Under the pieces are notes generated by a model that was not told where the DNA came from, ran no database searches, and saw only the letters and a list, made by a program, of their open reading frames with translations. Shown in pieces: positions 46,215 through 55,602 of a DNA stretch of 64,000 bases (the first letter of the stretch is position 1; each line of letters begins with the position of its first letter). The position numbers and the translations under genes were made by a program. This stretch comes from a virus. The DNA lies in IMG/VR virus record IMGVR_UViG_3300037245_001773, positions 1 through 64,000 of that record, one strand, 5' to 3'.

Positions 46215-46493
46215 TTAGTGCCTTTGTAATGCTGTTTCACTTGTCCCTGTTGACGTTTTTGGTGTTTCTGTTATTGTTTCGGGTCCATCCTGGTAGAAAT
46301 CTTCCACGTCATGCCCTGGATTCTCGAATGGATTAACGCGAGTGTTCCAAGCTTTGATTAAGTCCCGCCTACTGTCCCTGTCCATTATTATCTCGCAGCG
46401 TTCACATTCTATCCACCATCCCGAGTCTGCCGGTTCTGGTCCCACTGGTTTTGTATCGCAAAAAGGACACGGCTTTAATTCTTCACCTATCAC
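46215..46493 (-). CDS. Lar-like restriction alleviation zinc-finger protein
   Basis: ELKPCPFC...C..C...AWNTR. Confidence 0.75.
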   Translation of the reverse strand: MIGEELKPCPFCDTKPVGPEPADSGWWIECERCEIIMDRDSRRDLIKAWNTRVNPFENPGHDVEDFYQDGPETITETPKTSTGTSETALQRH

Positions 46494-46702
46494 AATAACC
46501 CCCTCAATCTCTCAATTATACTCAATTTTCTGACAGGAAACCTTCTATATTCGTGGCCACTGCTCTCAGTTTGTCAGGTATTGTGGTTTCATCTTCTATA
46601 CCCATGAACTGTACTTTTGCCACATACCCGTCTAACTTAAATACTAACTCCTGTCTTATTACTTCACCATCCAGTTTGTTTTTATTGACTGTTATTTCCA
46701 TT

Positions 46703-47383
46703 TTACATCCACCCCTTTAATCTTTCAATAATCGTTAATTGTCTGACAGGCTTCACACCTAACGCTTTCATGTTCCGGATGATGTGTTTGACTGCCATGA
46801 TTTTATTATAATAGTTTTGCGTCTCCGATGGCAAGGTGGATTTGCCTAATAGCCACGATTTTACTCGACTGGCTCCGCAGTTATAAGCGAGTATGGATAA
46901 CTTGGCTGTTTCTTTGTGGTATCTGAATTGCTTGAATAGGATCCCCATATGTTTTGCGCCGAGTCGGGTGTTTATCACTGGATCTTTGCCGTACTTCAAT
47001 ATTTTGGCCGGTGTGGGTACCATTGTGAATGTTTGGCCCATGATTGTCTTCTCTTTGGTCATGTAATGCCGAATATTGAAGGGCATGAGCTGCCATAAGC
47101 CGATTGCGTTTGATCTGCTGATAGCGTCAGGCTTGAATGATGATTCCACAGCTGGAACAGCGATCAACCATCTCGGCAAGTCTTCTTTGTCCAGGTATTT
47201 GAACATCATTTTCGAGTAGCCCACCATGCGCCCGAGAATTAATTCCAGGTCTTGCTTGCAAGCTCGGTTCTTTTCAAGGGTTGTGCAATCTCTGAGATAA
47301 AAATCTGTCCATTGTTCGATGCTGAAAACGGTTGCATTTAGATGGAATGGAATGAGCAAAAAAAGAATGATCAAGATTCTCAT
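46703..47383 (-). CDS. Lytic transglycosylase (SLT domain, MltD-like) with signal peptide
   Basis: VESSF...A.S...A.GLWQLMP, AYNCG, LP.ETQNY..KI. Confidence 0.9.
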   Translation of the reverse strand: MRILIILFLLIPFHLNATVFSIEQWTDFYLRDCTTLEKNRACKQDLELILGRMVGYSKMMFKYLDKEDLPRWLIAVPAVESSFKPDAISRSNAIGLWQLMPFNIRHYMTKEKTIMGQTFTMVPTPAKILKYGKDPVINTRLGAKHMGILFKQFRYHKETAKLSILAYNCGASRVKSWLLGKSTLPSETQNYYNKIMAVKHIIRNMKALGVKPVRQLTIIERLKGWM

Positions 47384-47608
47384 TTATTTGTTTTGAGGTG
47401 GAATTCTGACGACTGCTTGCATTGGAAACATGTGAACCATGAAACTAACATCACCTCTTTTATCTTCAAGACGCTTTCCAGGCGGAAGCAAATCTTTTTC
47501 GATGTCTTCCCAGTCTCGATCTATTAATGATCTTTTCAACCGGTCTTCTATCATTTCTTCAAATGTCTTGCGCGGTAGTGCGTCTGCTTTAATTTTGTTT
47601 GGCTTCAT
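47384..47608 (-). CDS. Hypothetical protein
   Basis: Coupled ORF. Confidence 0.5.
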   Translation of the reverse strand: MKPNKIKADALPRKTFEEMIEDRLKRSLIDRDWEDIEKDLLPPGKRLEDKRGDVSFMVHMFPMQAVVRIPPQNK

Positions 47609-47958
47609 TCCTTATTCTCTCCCCCTACGCCTCTGTTTATGCGGTCTTTCGTGCGACTTTCGAGTAATGCGATTGCCATTTGAGCGTATCCAAGAGCAAC
47701 TTCATTTTCGGTGCATGGAAAGTCCCCTGCCTGAAATCCCTTGAGTCTATGAATACAGATAGCGAATAAATCTTCTATCTGGCAGCCGTTGACACCGTTT
47801 TCTTGAATTGGGCCTTTTTGAAAGTAGACGAATTGATCAGTCATTTCTTTGTTATCATCGTCTGACGATTTTACCATGTACCGATGACAAGCGCCGCCTT
47901 CTCCTGGTTCATCCATTACAATTACTTTTGCATGCTCTGTTTCTCTGATTGTTTTCAT
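47605..47958 (-). CDS. tad1: Tad1-like cyclic-nucleotide sponge (anti-Thoeris/CBASS)
   Basis: G.GGA.H.Y, FQKG, DL..I...RLK.FQAG.F...EN..AL, R..DRI.R.V.G, matching Tad1 as I recall it; start trimmed to the ATG with GAGGAG RBS. Confidence 0.8.
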   Translation of the reverse strand: MKTIRETEHAKVIVMDEPGEGGACHRYMVKSSDDDNKEMTDQFVYFQKGPIQENGVNGCQIEDLFAICIHRLKGFQAGDFPCTENEVALGYAQMAIALLESRTKDRINRGVGGENKE

Positions 47959-48188
47959 CTCTCCTCTGTATGTTCTGATATTATTTTTAACATCGGGTAT
48001 CCCCATGTGAATATTATGCCAATAGAGGTGCACAATAAATTAAACCATATTGGATAAAAAGACAGGATTCCTAATTTTAGGGGATCAAATAAATACGTTG
48101 AAGAAAAAAAGAATTGGCCCAACAATGGAATGAGACCAATTACAATGATGACCCTGCCAACCATAAGTAATTTCTTTTCCTTGTCCAT
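47955..48188 (-). CDS. Small two-TM membrane protein
   Basis: Two hydrophobic segments; GAGGA RBS. Confidence 0.6.
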   Translation of the reverse strand: MDKEKKLLMVGRVIIVIGLIPLLGQFFFSSTYLFDPLKLGILSFYPIWFNLLCTSIGIIFTWGYPMLKIISEHTEER

Positions 48189-48208
48189 CCTCTCTCTCGT
48201 TTAATGTT

Positions 48209-48454
48209 TTACCGATTAGCGAAGCCTTCCACGCGCTCGACATCTGATTGAATTACGATATAACCGTATATTTCACCACATCTTGAGCATGAAATGGTAT
48301 TTCCTATTGTTTGGAATATATCGTAACCGCACCCTTGGCATAAACCATCTGGATAAATACCGGCAATCCTTCCGCAAAATTCACATGGATGTGATACATG
48401 ATTAAAACATCCTGGATGATCGCATGGTTCGCCTTTTTTAAATACTTCGCTCAT
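48209..48454 (-). CDS. Zinc-finger protein
   Basis: GEPC.HPGC..H..HPCE.CGR plus C..C...C..C. Confidence 0.7.
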   Translation of the reverse strand: MSEVFKKGEPCDHPGCFNHVSHPCEFCGRIAGIYPDGLCQGCGYDIFQTIGNTISCSRCGEIYGYIVIQSDVERVEGFANR

Positions 48455-48846
48455 CTCATTTTTTTGTTTAATGTTTTACAGCCACCGTGACTCAACCTGG
48501 CTCCTGATTTAGAGCGTGGGAACTGTCATCCACATTTGGCGATCTGATACGGTGGCATTGATTATCTTTTTATCGGCTTCGATTCTTGGCCTCCTCGGGC
48601 ACAAAAACTTTAGCCAGAAAGTTGCTGATTAGATATAAATACATGTCTTTTCCTTATTTTTGGGTCCCGGCCCCACACTGCGATAGTAACGAGTGCGCGT
48701 TTATGTCGAACTCAAGTTCTCCGAAGCCGGGGTTTAATGTTTCAGGGCATGGCTGCTGTTCAAGTGGTCCAACTCCATTTGATTGTTGGTCCGGCTATTC
48801 ACCCTTGCTAATCCATGCCCCATTGAAATGGTTATTGTGATTGTTA

Positions 48847-49323
48847 TTATTGGCATGGTGGTTTGAGGGTTTTCATTACATTAGATAACAATGTTAGCCC
48901 GCTGTTCATTTTACCATCAATAATCAATTCAGCTGCCTCTCTCAACTCCTTTGTCCGGTTCCATTCTTTGAGGCTAAAATATTTATGACACAAAGCTATG
49001 GTATTTCTGACTGTGGCATGAACGCAATCAGCATTCCATATGCCATCAACCGGACCTTGTTTTCTGGCTATTTCTTCTATCTCTTCAGCCGTCAAAACCT
49101 TTGGCTCTGCTTTTATTACTTGCCATTTGTCTGACGCGATAGCGTTTGGAGTGGGGAAGTTTACCTGATTATCAAGAATATACTTCAAGGTAAGTTTGCC
49201 AGTTGAATTCCACCCCTCTTCGAGAAAAGGAATATCATCATCACCGCATTTAAACGCTTGTTCCATTTTCATGTATTTGGTCATATCTCCTCTTTGGTTA
49301 TTCCGCATTATAGGTAAATTCAT
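48847..49323 (-). CDS. Hypothetical protein (start uncertain)
   Basis: ORF in operon; probable start MTKYMK after AGAGGAG. Confidence 0.55.
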   Translation of the reverse strand: MNLPIMRNNQRGDMTKYMKMEQAFKCGDDDIPFLEEGWNSTGKLTLKYILDNQVNFPTPNAIASDKWQVIKAEPKVLTAEEIEEIARKQGPVDGIWNADCVHATVRNTIALCHKYFSLKEWNRTKELREAAELIIDGKMNSGLTLLSNVMKTLKPPCQ

Positions 49324-49479
49324 TTTCCGAAACGCTGGTCACTTTATAGACAACCGGTTTAGGCGTATACCAGAAAGCGAGCCATAGAATGAAGCGCTTG
49401 AACCAGTGCTTTTTCTCTTCTTTGACATACACCGCATCACCGGCTTTTAGATCATGGCCTGCTGTTGCTTTGATTGTGT

Positions 49480-49839
49480 TCATGATTCTTTTAGTTCCCT
49501 GATTACACCGAAACCCGCCATTAATGAGTTATCTGACAAGACGTTTATCACTTCATCAATCGCAGCGTTCCAGCCAGTTTTTCTATCTTCATATTCAACT
49601 CTGTTTTTATGGAAATTCATGCCGCCTGAATTCCACTTCTGAAAGGCTGATTGTTTTGGTGGTAAGTATACCCATGTTCTAGAAATATCAGAAGGGGTAA
49701 ATATAATACGCCCCCCATTCATGTATCTTTTCAATTCGTCGGCTGTATGCCTGCCGCAATGTTCTTGATTTTTGTGGTGTATTAGTCCGCCGTTCTCCTT
49801 GCATAGCTCAATTGCTTTTTGTAATGTGCATTCTATCAT
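49480..49839 (-). CDS. Hypothetical protein
   Basis: GGGGAG RBS; GWNAAIDE motif. Confidence 0.6.
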   Translation of the reverse strand: MIECTLQKAIELCKENGGLIHHKNQEHCGRHTADELKRYMNGGRIIFTPSDISRTWVYLPPKQSAFQKWNSGGMNFHKNRVEYEDRKTGWNAAIDEVINVLSDNSLMAGFGVIRELKES

Positions 49840-49894
49840 GTCTCCCCCTTGTTCACAAATTCATGAGTTTCTAGCGCCTCAACTATCACGGCGG

Positions 49895-50275
49895 TTATGA
49901 ATGGATAAGAACCTCTGTTTTTAGCTCATCGTCTGATTCGAATGCGCTGAATACATGCTGACCAATCCAGTAATCAATAATTTGCGCATCATCCCACTCG
50001 GCAGCAGTGTTATGGCTGATTTTAACGTAAATCCTACTTATATCTTCATTGTAGGCAAATCGTGTCCCGAGTGCAAGCGAATCAAAAGGTTTCTTGATTA
50101 AATTATACGTTACAGTACACTTGCTTTCGATCTCATGATTTTCTAGGGCTTCAACCATTACTGAGGTCATTGAGCAGTTTTGTTTTTCACTGATGAACCT
50201 GAGATGATTTACTGATCTTTCTGGGAGGTTCCAGGGGCCTATCTTGATATGTCCTCTTTGGTTTCTTTTTGGCAT
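49895..50275 (-). CDS. Ribbon-helix-helix N-terminal domain protein
   Basis: WNLPE.....L..ISEK...SMT.VM.EAL. Confidence 0.6.
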   Translation of the reverse strand: MPKRNQRGHIKIGPWNLPERSVNHLRFISEKQNCSMTSVMVEALENHEIESKCTVTYNLIKKPFDSLALGTRFAYNEDISRIYVKISHNTAAEWDDAQIIDYWIGQHVFSAFESDDELKTEVLIHS

Positions 50276-50454
50276 ACTTTCTCTATTCGTTTATACTTCT
50301 CAATCCATGCGTTGAACTTCTTATCAAAGCGCTTCTTTTCCATCACAGACATAAATCCATTCTTAACCAATCCCTCAGCGCATGATTGAACATACTCATT
50401 GAGTGTCAGGATTGTGCTCTCGATATGGATGTTTAGCATTGGGTGATTTTTCAT
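50239..50454 (-). CDS. Hypothetical protein
   Basis: ORF downstream of the ncRNA cluster. Confidence 0.5.
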   Translation of the reverse strand: MKNHPMLNIHIESTILTLNEYVQSCAEGLVKNGFMSVMEKKRFDKKFNAWIEKYKRIEKVCQKETKEDISR

Positions 50455-50485
50455 TGGCTTTTATTCAAGGTGCAATTCTTTTAAA

Positions 50486-50591
50486 CAGCTATTCGACAGG
50501 ATTCGAACCTGCGGGGATCGGGGTATAGGCCACTGGACCACCCCTCACCCTAACCAGTGCTAACGTTAAACCTTTCCGCCACAAATAGCTG
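50486..50591 (-). ncRNA. tRNA-like RNA with non-canonical anticodon arm
   Basis: Acceptor CTATTTG/CGAATAG extended by CAG/CTG, class-II-like D arm, T arm GCAGG-TTCGAAT-CCTGT; 17-nt loop in place of the anticodon loop. Confidence 0.7.
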
Positions 50592-50691
50592 CTTATATAC
50601 AGAGAACAGGCTTCGAACTTTCGGTCAGAGCCGGTTTAAATTCACGGTGGTGACCTATTCTAATCCGATTCCTATCTACTCTGCAATTCTT

Positions 50692-50827
50692 TATCATTCA
50701 AAGCCGGTGTTTTGCCACTAAACTACAACATCAAGATCAGCCATTGAATATATCCTTTCTATACTTTTCACTGCTTGACTAGATGCCCCGGAATTGAACC
50801 AGGGGGCTCCGACACTCGGTATCATTC
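50692..50827 (-). ncRNA. Apparently circularly permuted tRNA-like element
   Basis: 3' half (GTCGG-AGCCC-CCTGG-TTCAATT-CCGGG-GCATC) lies upstream of the 5' half (GATGTTG-TA-GTTT-AGTGGCA-AAAC-A-CCGGC). Confidence 0.5.
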
Positions 50828-50831
50828 TTTT

Positions 50832-51057
50832 AAAATACACCGCCGCCACTTTTCGCCGGTCGTTCCACCGGTCAGCACGTTGAACAATTTATGCTGGAAA
50901 AGGGTATATCCATCCAAACCCAGTCAGCAGAAAAGGAGGGTCAGGACAGCATCAAAGCGGTGTATCTTTGTATGGCCGGTAACTCAGATCAGGGAAAGCT
51001 ACCGGCCTCTTATCGGGCTAGCTCCACCCAGCCCACGCACTCAAGTTCTGAGCGCAT
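50832..51057 (-). ncRNA. Multi-hairpin structured RNA region
   Basis: ATACACCGC/GCGGTGTAT closing stem with internal hairpins, plus three GC-rich hairpins upstream. Confidence 0.5.
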
Positions 51058-51114
51058 TCTTGGATCAAAAAACTGTAACCGGTCAGGGTTTTTCTGTTTC
51101 ATGATCACAATTTC

Positions 51115-51142
51115 ATTGTACAGGGTTCCATACTTTTGTCAA
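51115..51142 (-). promoter_or_regulatory. Sigma70 promoter upstream of the ncRNA cluster
   Basis: TTGACA-N16-TACAAT. Confidence 0.65.
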
Positions 51143-53777
51143 TACTTTATTTTCTGTGTTCCGTCGTTATTCATGATAAAATGCAGGGTATCAGCCAGTA
51201 TCCTGTCGTTGAGATCTTCCGCTATCTGACGTGTTGTTTTTCCTTCTGGATCTATTGGCGTTCCCCTTATCGACTCTAGCCTGGCCTCTTCTTCCTCGTC
51301 AATAAACCTTACTTCAGCCCTCATAATTCATCCTCTGTTAGTGGTTTTATGACGGTTCCATGACTGAGACAATATCAAAATTCTTTTGAGCTGATTCAAG
51401 CCTTGACTTTGATCTTTCAAGTTCCTGAATTACTCTGAGTTGTAGGAATGAAAAAGCATCTTCCCATGAATCAAAATGTTGATTGGATTGCGTGTTCTTT
51501 CTTTCGTGGTACTGTTGATTCTTGATCCAAATAGAGTGCTCGGACTCTTTGGTAATTTCAAGTTTTTCGATCTTCGTTCTATACTCATTTACCCTGTATT
51601 TAAACTTTTCCACTTTATTCCCTCTGTTAGTGGTTAGTAATATCTATGTGTTTCCGACTAAAGTTTATGCTTTTTTACATAGTTCCAGACCTCTAAACAG
51701 CCAGTGCATGTCGGGCGCTTATCGGTTTCGTGCATGTTGAGATCCATTCGATCAACATTCCCACATAATGTCTCCATCATATTAAAACCAACTATATGAA
51801 CAATGTCCGGACCTTCATCCCCTTCTGTGTAATACTCAGCGTTAATCTTTGGGGTATAATATAATCTTTCGGCGATTTCCAGCATTTGGAATACTCGGTT
51901 AATAGTTAATAAGGAATAACTGGTCAATAATTAGGCGCTTTCGGTTAATATGATGTCGGCCACTTTTCTCAGAAAGAACTTTTTCTTTAGATTTTTCTTC
52001 ATTGGAAATCCCATGTATCCAACGAGAACAAACAGGAAGTCTTTTGTTCCATTATCCAATGCCCTGATTAATGATCTCCTGTCTTTTATTAATTTTATTT
52101 CACTGATGTATCCGTCAATCTCTTTCTTTCCGCCAAGCACTTCTTTAGCCCAATCTTCTTTTGTTTTCATCTCAATCTCCTTTCGTTATGTGTTGTTTAG
52201 TGCTGATTTCTTGAGTTTCTTAAGCTTTTGGATCTTGTTATGCAAATCATCAAAGAAAAGCCCTAGTGTCTCTTCACTAAGACCGTCTTCATGGAGATAC
52301 TGCGCGTGCTCAATAGAATAAATATGGTTCTCAAATAAAAAATGAGCTATATCACAACTCTGCGCCTCTTCCCAGCAATCGTTAATTTTATCCATATCAA
52401 TCATCTTCTCATCTCCTTTGATTGCTGGGTTAATCTATTGATGTGGTGTTAAATCATGTTTATTAAACCACCGTCATCTACCCCAATAAATTTAGATTCG
52501 GTATACGTTGGAGTATAATATATTTTTCTGAGATCAAAACATCCCGGTTCAGATCCTAAGATAACGATGTTTATTTCAACGTTTTCAAGAATTGAGAAAT
52601 CAATGGTTTTGTCCTCGAATACGTACTTAAGCCTAGAATATGTAACTACCCCATTTTTAACTTTCCTTTTGAAATTTTTGTAATAGGCTGTTTTTTTCAT
52701 CTTTGTTAATTATCCAGTTCCGCAAATATATTATCGTATTCTGTTTTATCCTTATTCCATGCAGCAATTGCTCTATACGAAATAGGGCAAGTAATTAAAC
52801 CCATAGAATCACTACACGCTAAATAGTCGTGCCATATTTCACAATCAGGGCAATAAATATCTGAATAAAAGATCACTCTCAATTCTCCAATATTAAATTC
52901 TATCTTCAATACGCTGTCGATATTCCAGGGGAACATCATCTTTATACTTATCCCAAAATATCTTGAATTCTGCTCGGTCTTCATCTGTGAGGGTTCCGGC
53001 TTCGAATTTGACTTCGAATTCTGTTATGGACATGGGTTCCTTTTTGGTTGCCGGTATTGTGACCGGCGTTTTGGTCTATGCAGAATATTTTTTAAGGTGA
53101 TTGAAATCCGTTCCGTGGTCTTTTTTGCCAATTAACCATGCTGGGCATTTCGTATTTTTTGAGACAATACTGCATCCATCAAATATACCCCTGAAGGATT
53201 CAAAATCGTATTCGTTCCAGTCTGATCTAACCGTTGCTACATGAATAATTCTGTTGTTTTTGTAAATCGGGATATGTAGCGTTTCCAGTTTTTTCATTTT
53301 TATCTCCGGTTTAGACTGATTCAAGTTCAAGATTTTGCAGTTTTTCTGCTTGCTCGGATATGCACTTTTGTAAACTGTTCCTGTCCCATCCATTCTTTAC
53401 GAATTCTGGAACGCCACCGTTTTCAATTATCTCTTGATTTTGTTGTTCCGCCAATTCAAGTAAGTCGGATCTTTTATAATCAACCAAACCGCAGTAACAA
53501 AGGTCCATGATTTCGATCCAGTCCATTTTAAGAAGCTCATTCATCTTTGATTCCTTGTTAAGATTGTGCCGGGTTGCCCCGGCTTTGGTTCCTAATGCAA
53601 TGGTGATGGACTAAGATCACCATTTGTTCGCTCATCAACAAATGCTCTGTCAAGAGTTGCCCATTCTTCGGTTGCCCAAAACTTAAAGGCATAACGGTTG
53701 GCCTCATCATGAAAACAAATGATGGTCTTGCCAGTGATGCGCTCTATTGCGCGAAAAATCTTATCGGAAGCTGTCAT
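51139..53777 (-). other. Run of about ten small hypothetical ORFs (60-105 aa)
   Basis: Co-oriented short ORFs with RBSs; no family recognised. Confidence 0.55.
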
Positions 53778-53902
53778 GGGATTTCCTGTATGGAGTTAAC
53801 TGCGCGGGTGGAAAAACAAAGGAATTTATTTTAAATCCGGTATTTTCTAACCCGCTTTAACCCGGTGCGCGGTTTTAAGTTTTTGTTGTTTTGTATGTCT
53901 TA

Positions 53903-53930
53903 ATCATAACATTATGGCAATATATGTCAA
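53903..53930 (-). promoter_or_regulatory. Extended -10 sigma70 promoter, duplicated at 63501-63528
   Basis: TTGACA-N16-TATGAT with TGn; identical upstream AT-rich element. Confidence 0.7.
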
Positions 53931-54283
53931 GTAAATAATCATATTATTTTAATTTATTTTTGCCTTCCTTGGCTTTGATGAATAGGGGCTGGACGGGGGG
54001 TCGTTTTTGCTGTGTGGTTTTCGTGCTGATCGTTTTTAGCGTATGCTACTGAAACATAACGGTATTATCGTTTTAAATCGGTTTTCAATATGCCGGATCG
54101 GTAAAAACGGAAATATCGGTGTATCTTGTTATTGTTTACTTTCTGGTTTCTCTTCAGGCTTCACGAAGATTTTATCGTACCATTTGAGAGACTTCTCTCT
54201 TTCTTCTTTTGTCGTCTCTCTGTATGGATCATCAATTATAATTAATGTCTTTTGTTTTGATTTGCCCTCCATAATCATGTCCT

Positions 54284-55021
54284 TTAGTGTCCTCGTGATT
54301 TTGCGTGAGCTTTCCACGCTTCCTCAAGATCGCCGGTTGTAAAGTCATGCCTGTTTGGGTGATGCATTCTTCTTGTTCGAGTTGCCCAATCTTCAAAGGT
54401 CTCAGTCTCACGGTGTTTGAGTTGGTTGTTTGCTTCGCCCTGTTTGAGTGAATCTTTAGCGACTCTTTTCACGATCAACCCAATTCTTGATTCAATTAAC
54501 CCCTTTACCGAATACTTATTTTCGATCAATTCCTTATACGTCTGGGTTGATTTCTCCCATTCAAGCATATGACATGCCCACTCTTCAGGATCAACCGGCT
54601 CAACTTTCTGACAATCTTCACAGGTCAACGGATTATTGATATCGATTCCGTCTAACTCTTTCCCGCATTTATTGCACTCGATTACTTCTACTAAAAGCCC
54701 CAGTCTTAACAGGCTTTCATCCCACATATCGTCAATTTCGCCGTTTCTTTCTGCCAGTCCTGGGTTTATCCATCTGAGTAACTCTTCCGATATCTCTAGC
54801 CTGTAGCGCTTTTGCGACTTTTCTGGAATTCCGAAGTTAACACGAGGGTCAGGGTTGTATCGCTTTTGGGCGCTCTCATATCGCTTTAATTTATGAGCTT
54901 CTTCGATACCGTCAATAATAGACTTGAATTTTTCCATATGAACCGCGTTTCCGTCGTATGCGTGCTCATCACAAAGAATGCCATAGATAGACCTCAACAG
55001 TTTAATATCTTCTTTGTTCAT
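54284..55021 (-). CDS. Hypothetical mosaic protein
   Basis: Coupled ORF with an internal C..C...C..C ribbon. Confidence 0.6.
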   Translation of the reverse strand: MNKEDIKLLRSIYGILCDEHAYDGNAVHMEKFKSIIDGIEEAHKLKRYESAQKRYNPDPRVNFGIPEKSQKRYRLEISEELLRWINPGLAERNGEIDDMWDESLLRLGLLVEVIECNKCGKELDGIDINNPLTCEDCQKVEPVDPEEWACHMLEWEKSTQTYKELIENKYSVKGLIESRIGLIVKRVAKDSLKQGEANNQLKHRETETFEDWATRTRRMHHPNRHDFTTGDLEEAWKAHAKSRGH

Positions 55022-55602
55022 CCCTTCCCCCTAACACGGTTGGCCCATGACTTACCTTCATCAGTCTCAATTATCCACTCGCTGTACTTCATCTTGCTTT
55101 TTATCCATGCATCTCTTGGCTCACCGCTCTGTGGTTCTGGGTGATCATGGATAGCCGCCTCTTTAGTGTCTGCCGGATCATATGCGGTGTCACATAGACC
55201 ACACATTATCCACCTGCTATCTGTGGTCTTTTTGGGGAGGTCATTTCTGTCAAACGATTCGCATGATGCTACCGCAAGTGCCGCAACTTGTATCATCCTG
55301 CGTCTGAATTTATCCGGGCTATCTAATCTCCACATCATCTTTGCCCACTGAGCATAAGTGCAGATGAATTCAACCCAATCATTCACGCAGTGGGTATCAT
55401 CATGATCTGAGCCACCCCACTTCTCATCCTGACGGTCTCTTTCTTTCTGCACATCAATTAGAGCGTTGCTTACTGGCTTGTGAGTTTCCTCGTCCATCTC
55501 ATAGACCATATCAACCAACTCATTTCCTTCACTTGCTGACATGTTCCTGATTGTTCCGCTACCAACCATTTTATCGAGTAGTTCTTTCAATCTAGGTTCC
55601 AT
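55018..55602 (-). CDS. MazG-like all-alpha NTP-pyrophosphatase-fold protein (degenerate)
   Basis: ER.RQD.KWG...H...W...IQVAA.AVA; the usual EExxE motif is absent. Confidence 0.55.
   Translation of the reverse strand: MEPRLKELLDKMVGSGTIRNMSASEGNELVDMVYEMDEETHKPVSNALIDVQKERDRQDEKWGGSDHDDTHCVNDWVEFICTYAQWAKMMWRLDSPDKFRRRMIQVAALAVASCESFDRNDLPKKTTDSRWIMCGLCDTAYDPADTKEAAIHDHPEPQSGEPRDAWIKSKMKYSEWIIETDEGKSWANRVRGKG

Noticed and set aside
50692-50827. Two-piece tmRNA interpretation of the permuted element
   Set aside because: No GGGG 5' end, G3-U70 pair, CCA or tag reading frame; it has a true D stem, which tmRNA lacks
50845-50880. Hammerhead-like CTGA-stem-CGAAA
   Set aside because: The CUGAnGA core is incomplete and stems I and III with a cleavage triplet are not evident
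50775-51229. + strand ORFs of 109 and 112 aa across the ncRNA cluster
   Set aside because: Opposite to the promoter and gene flow; the region is better explained by RNA structure
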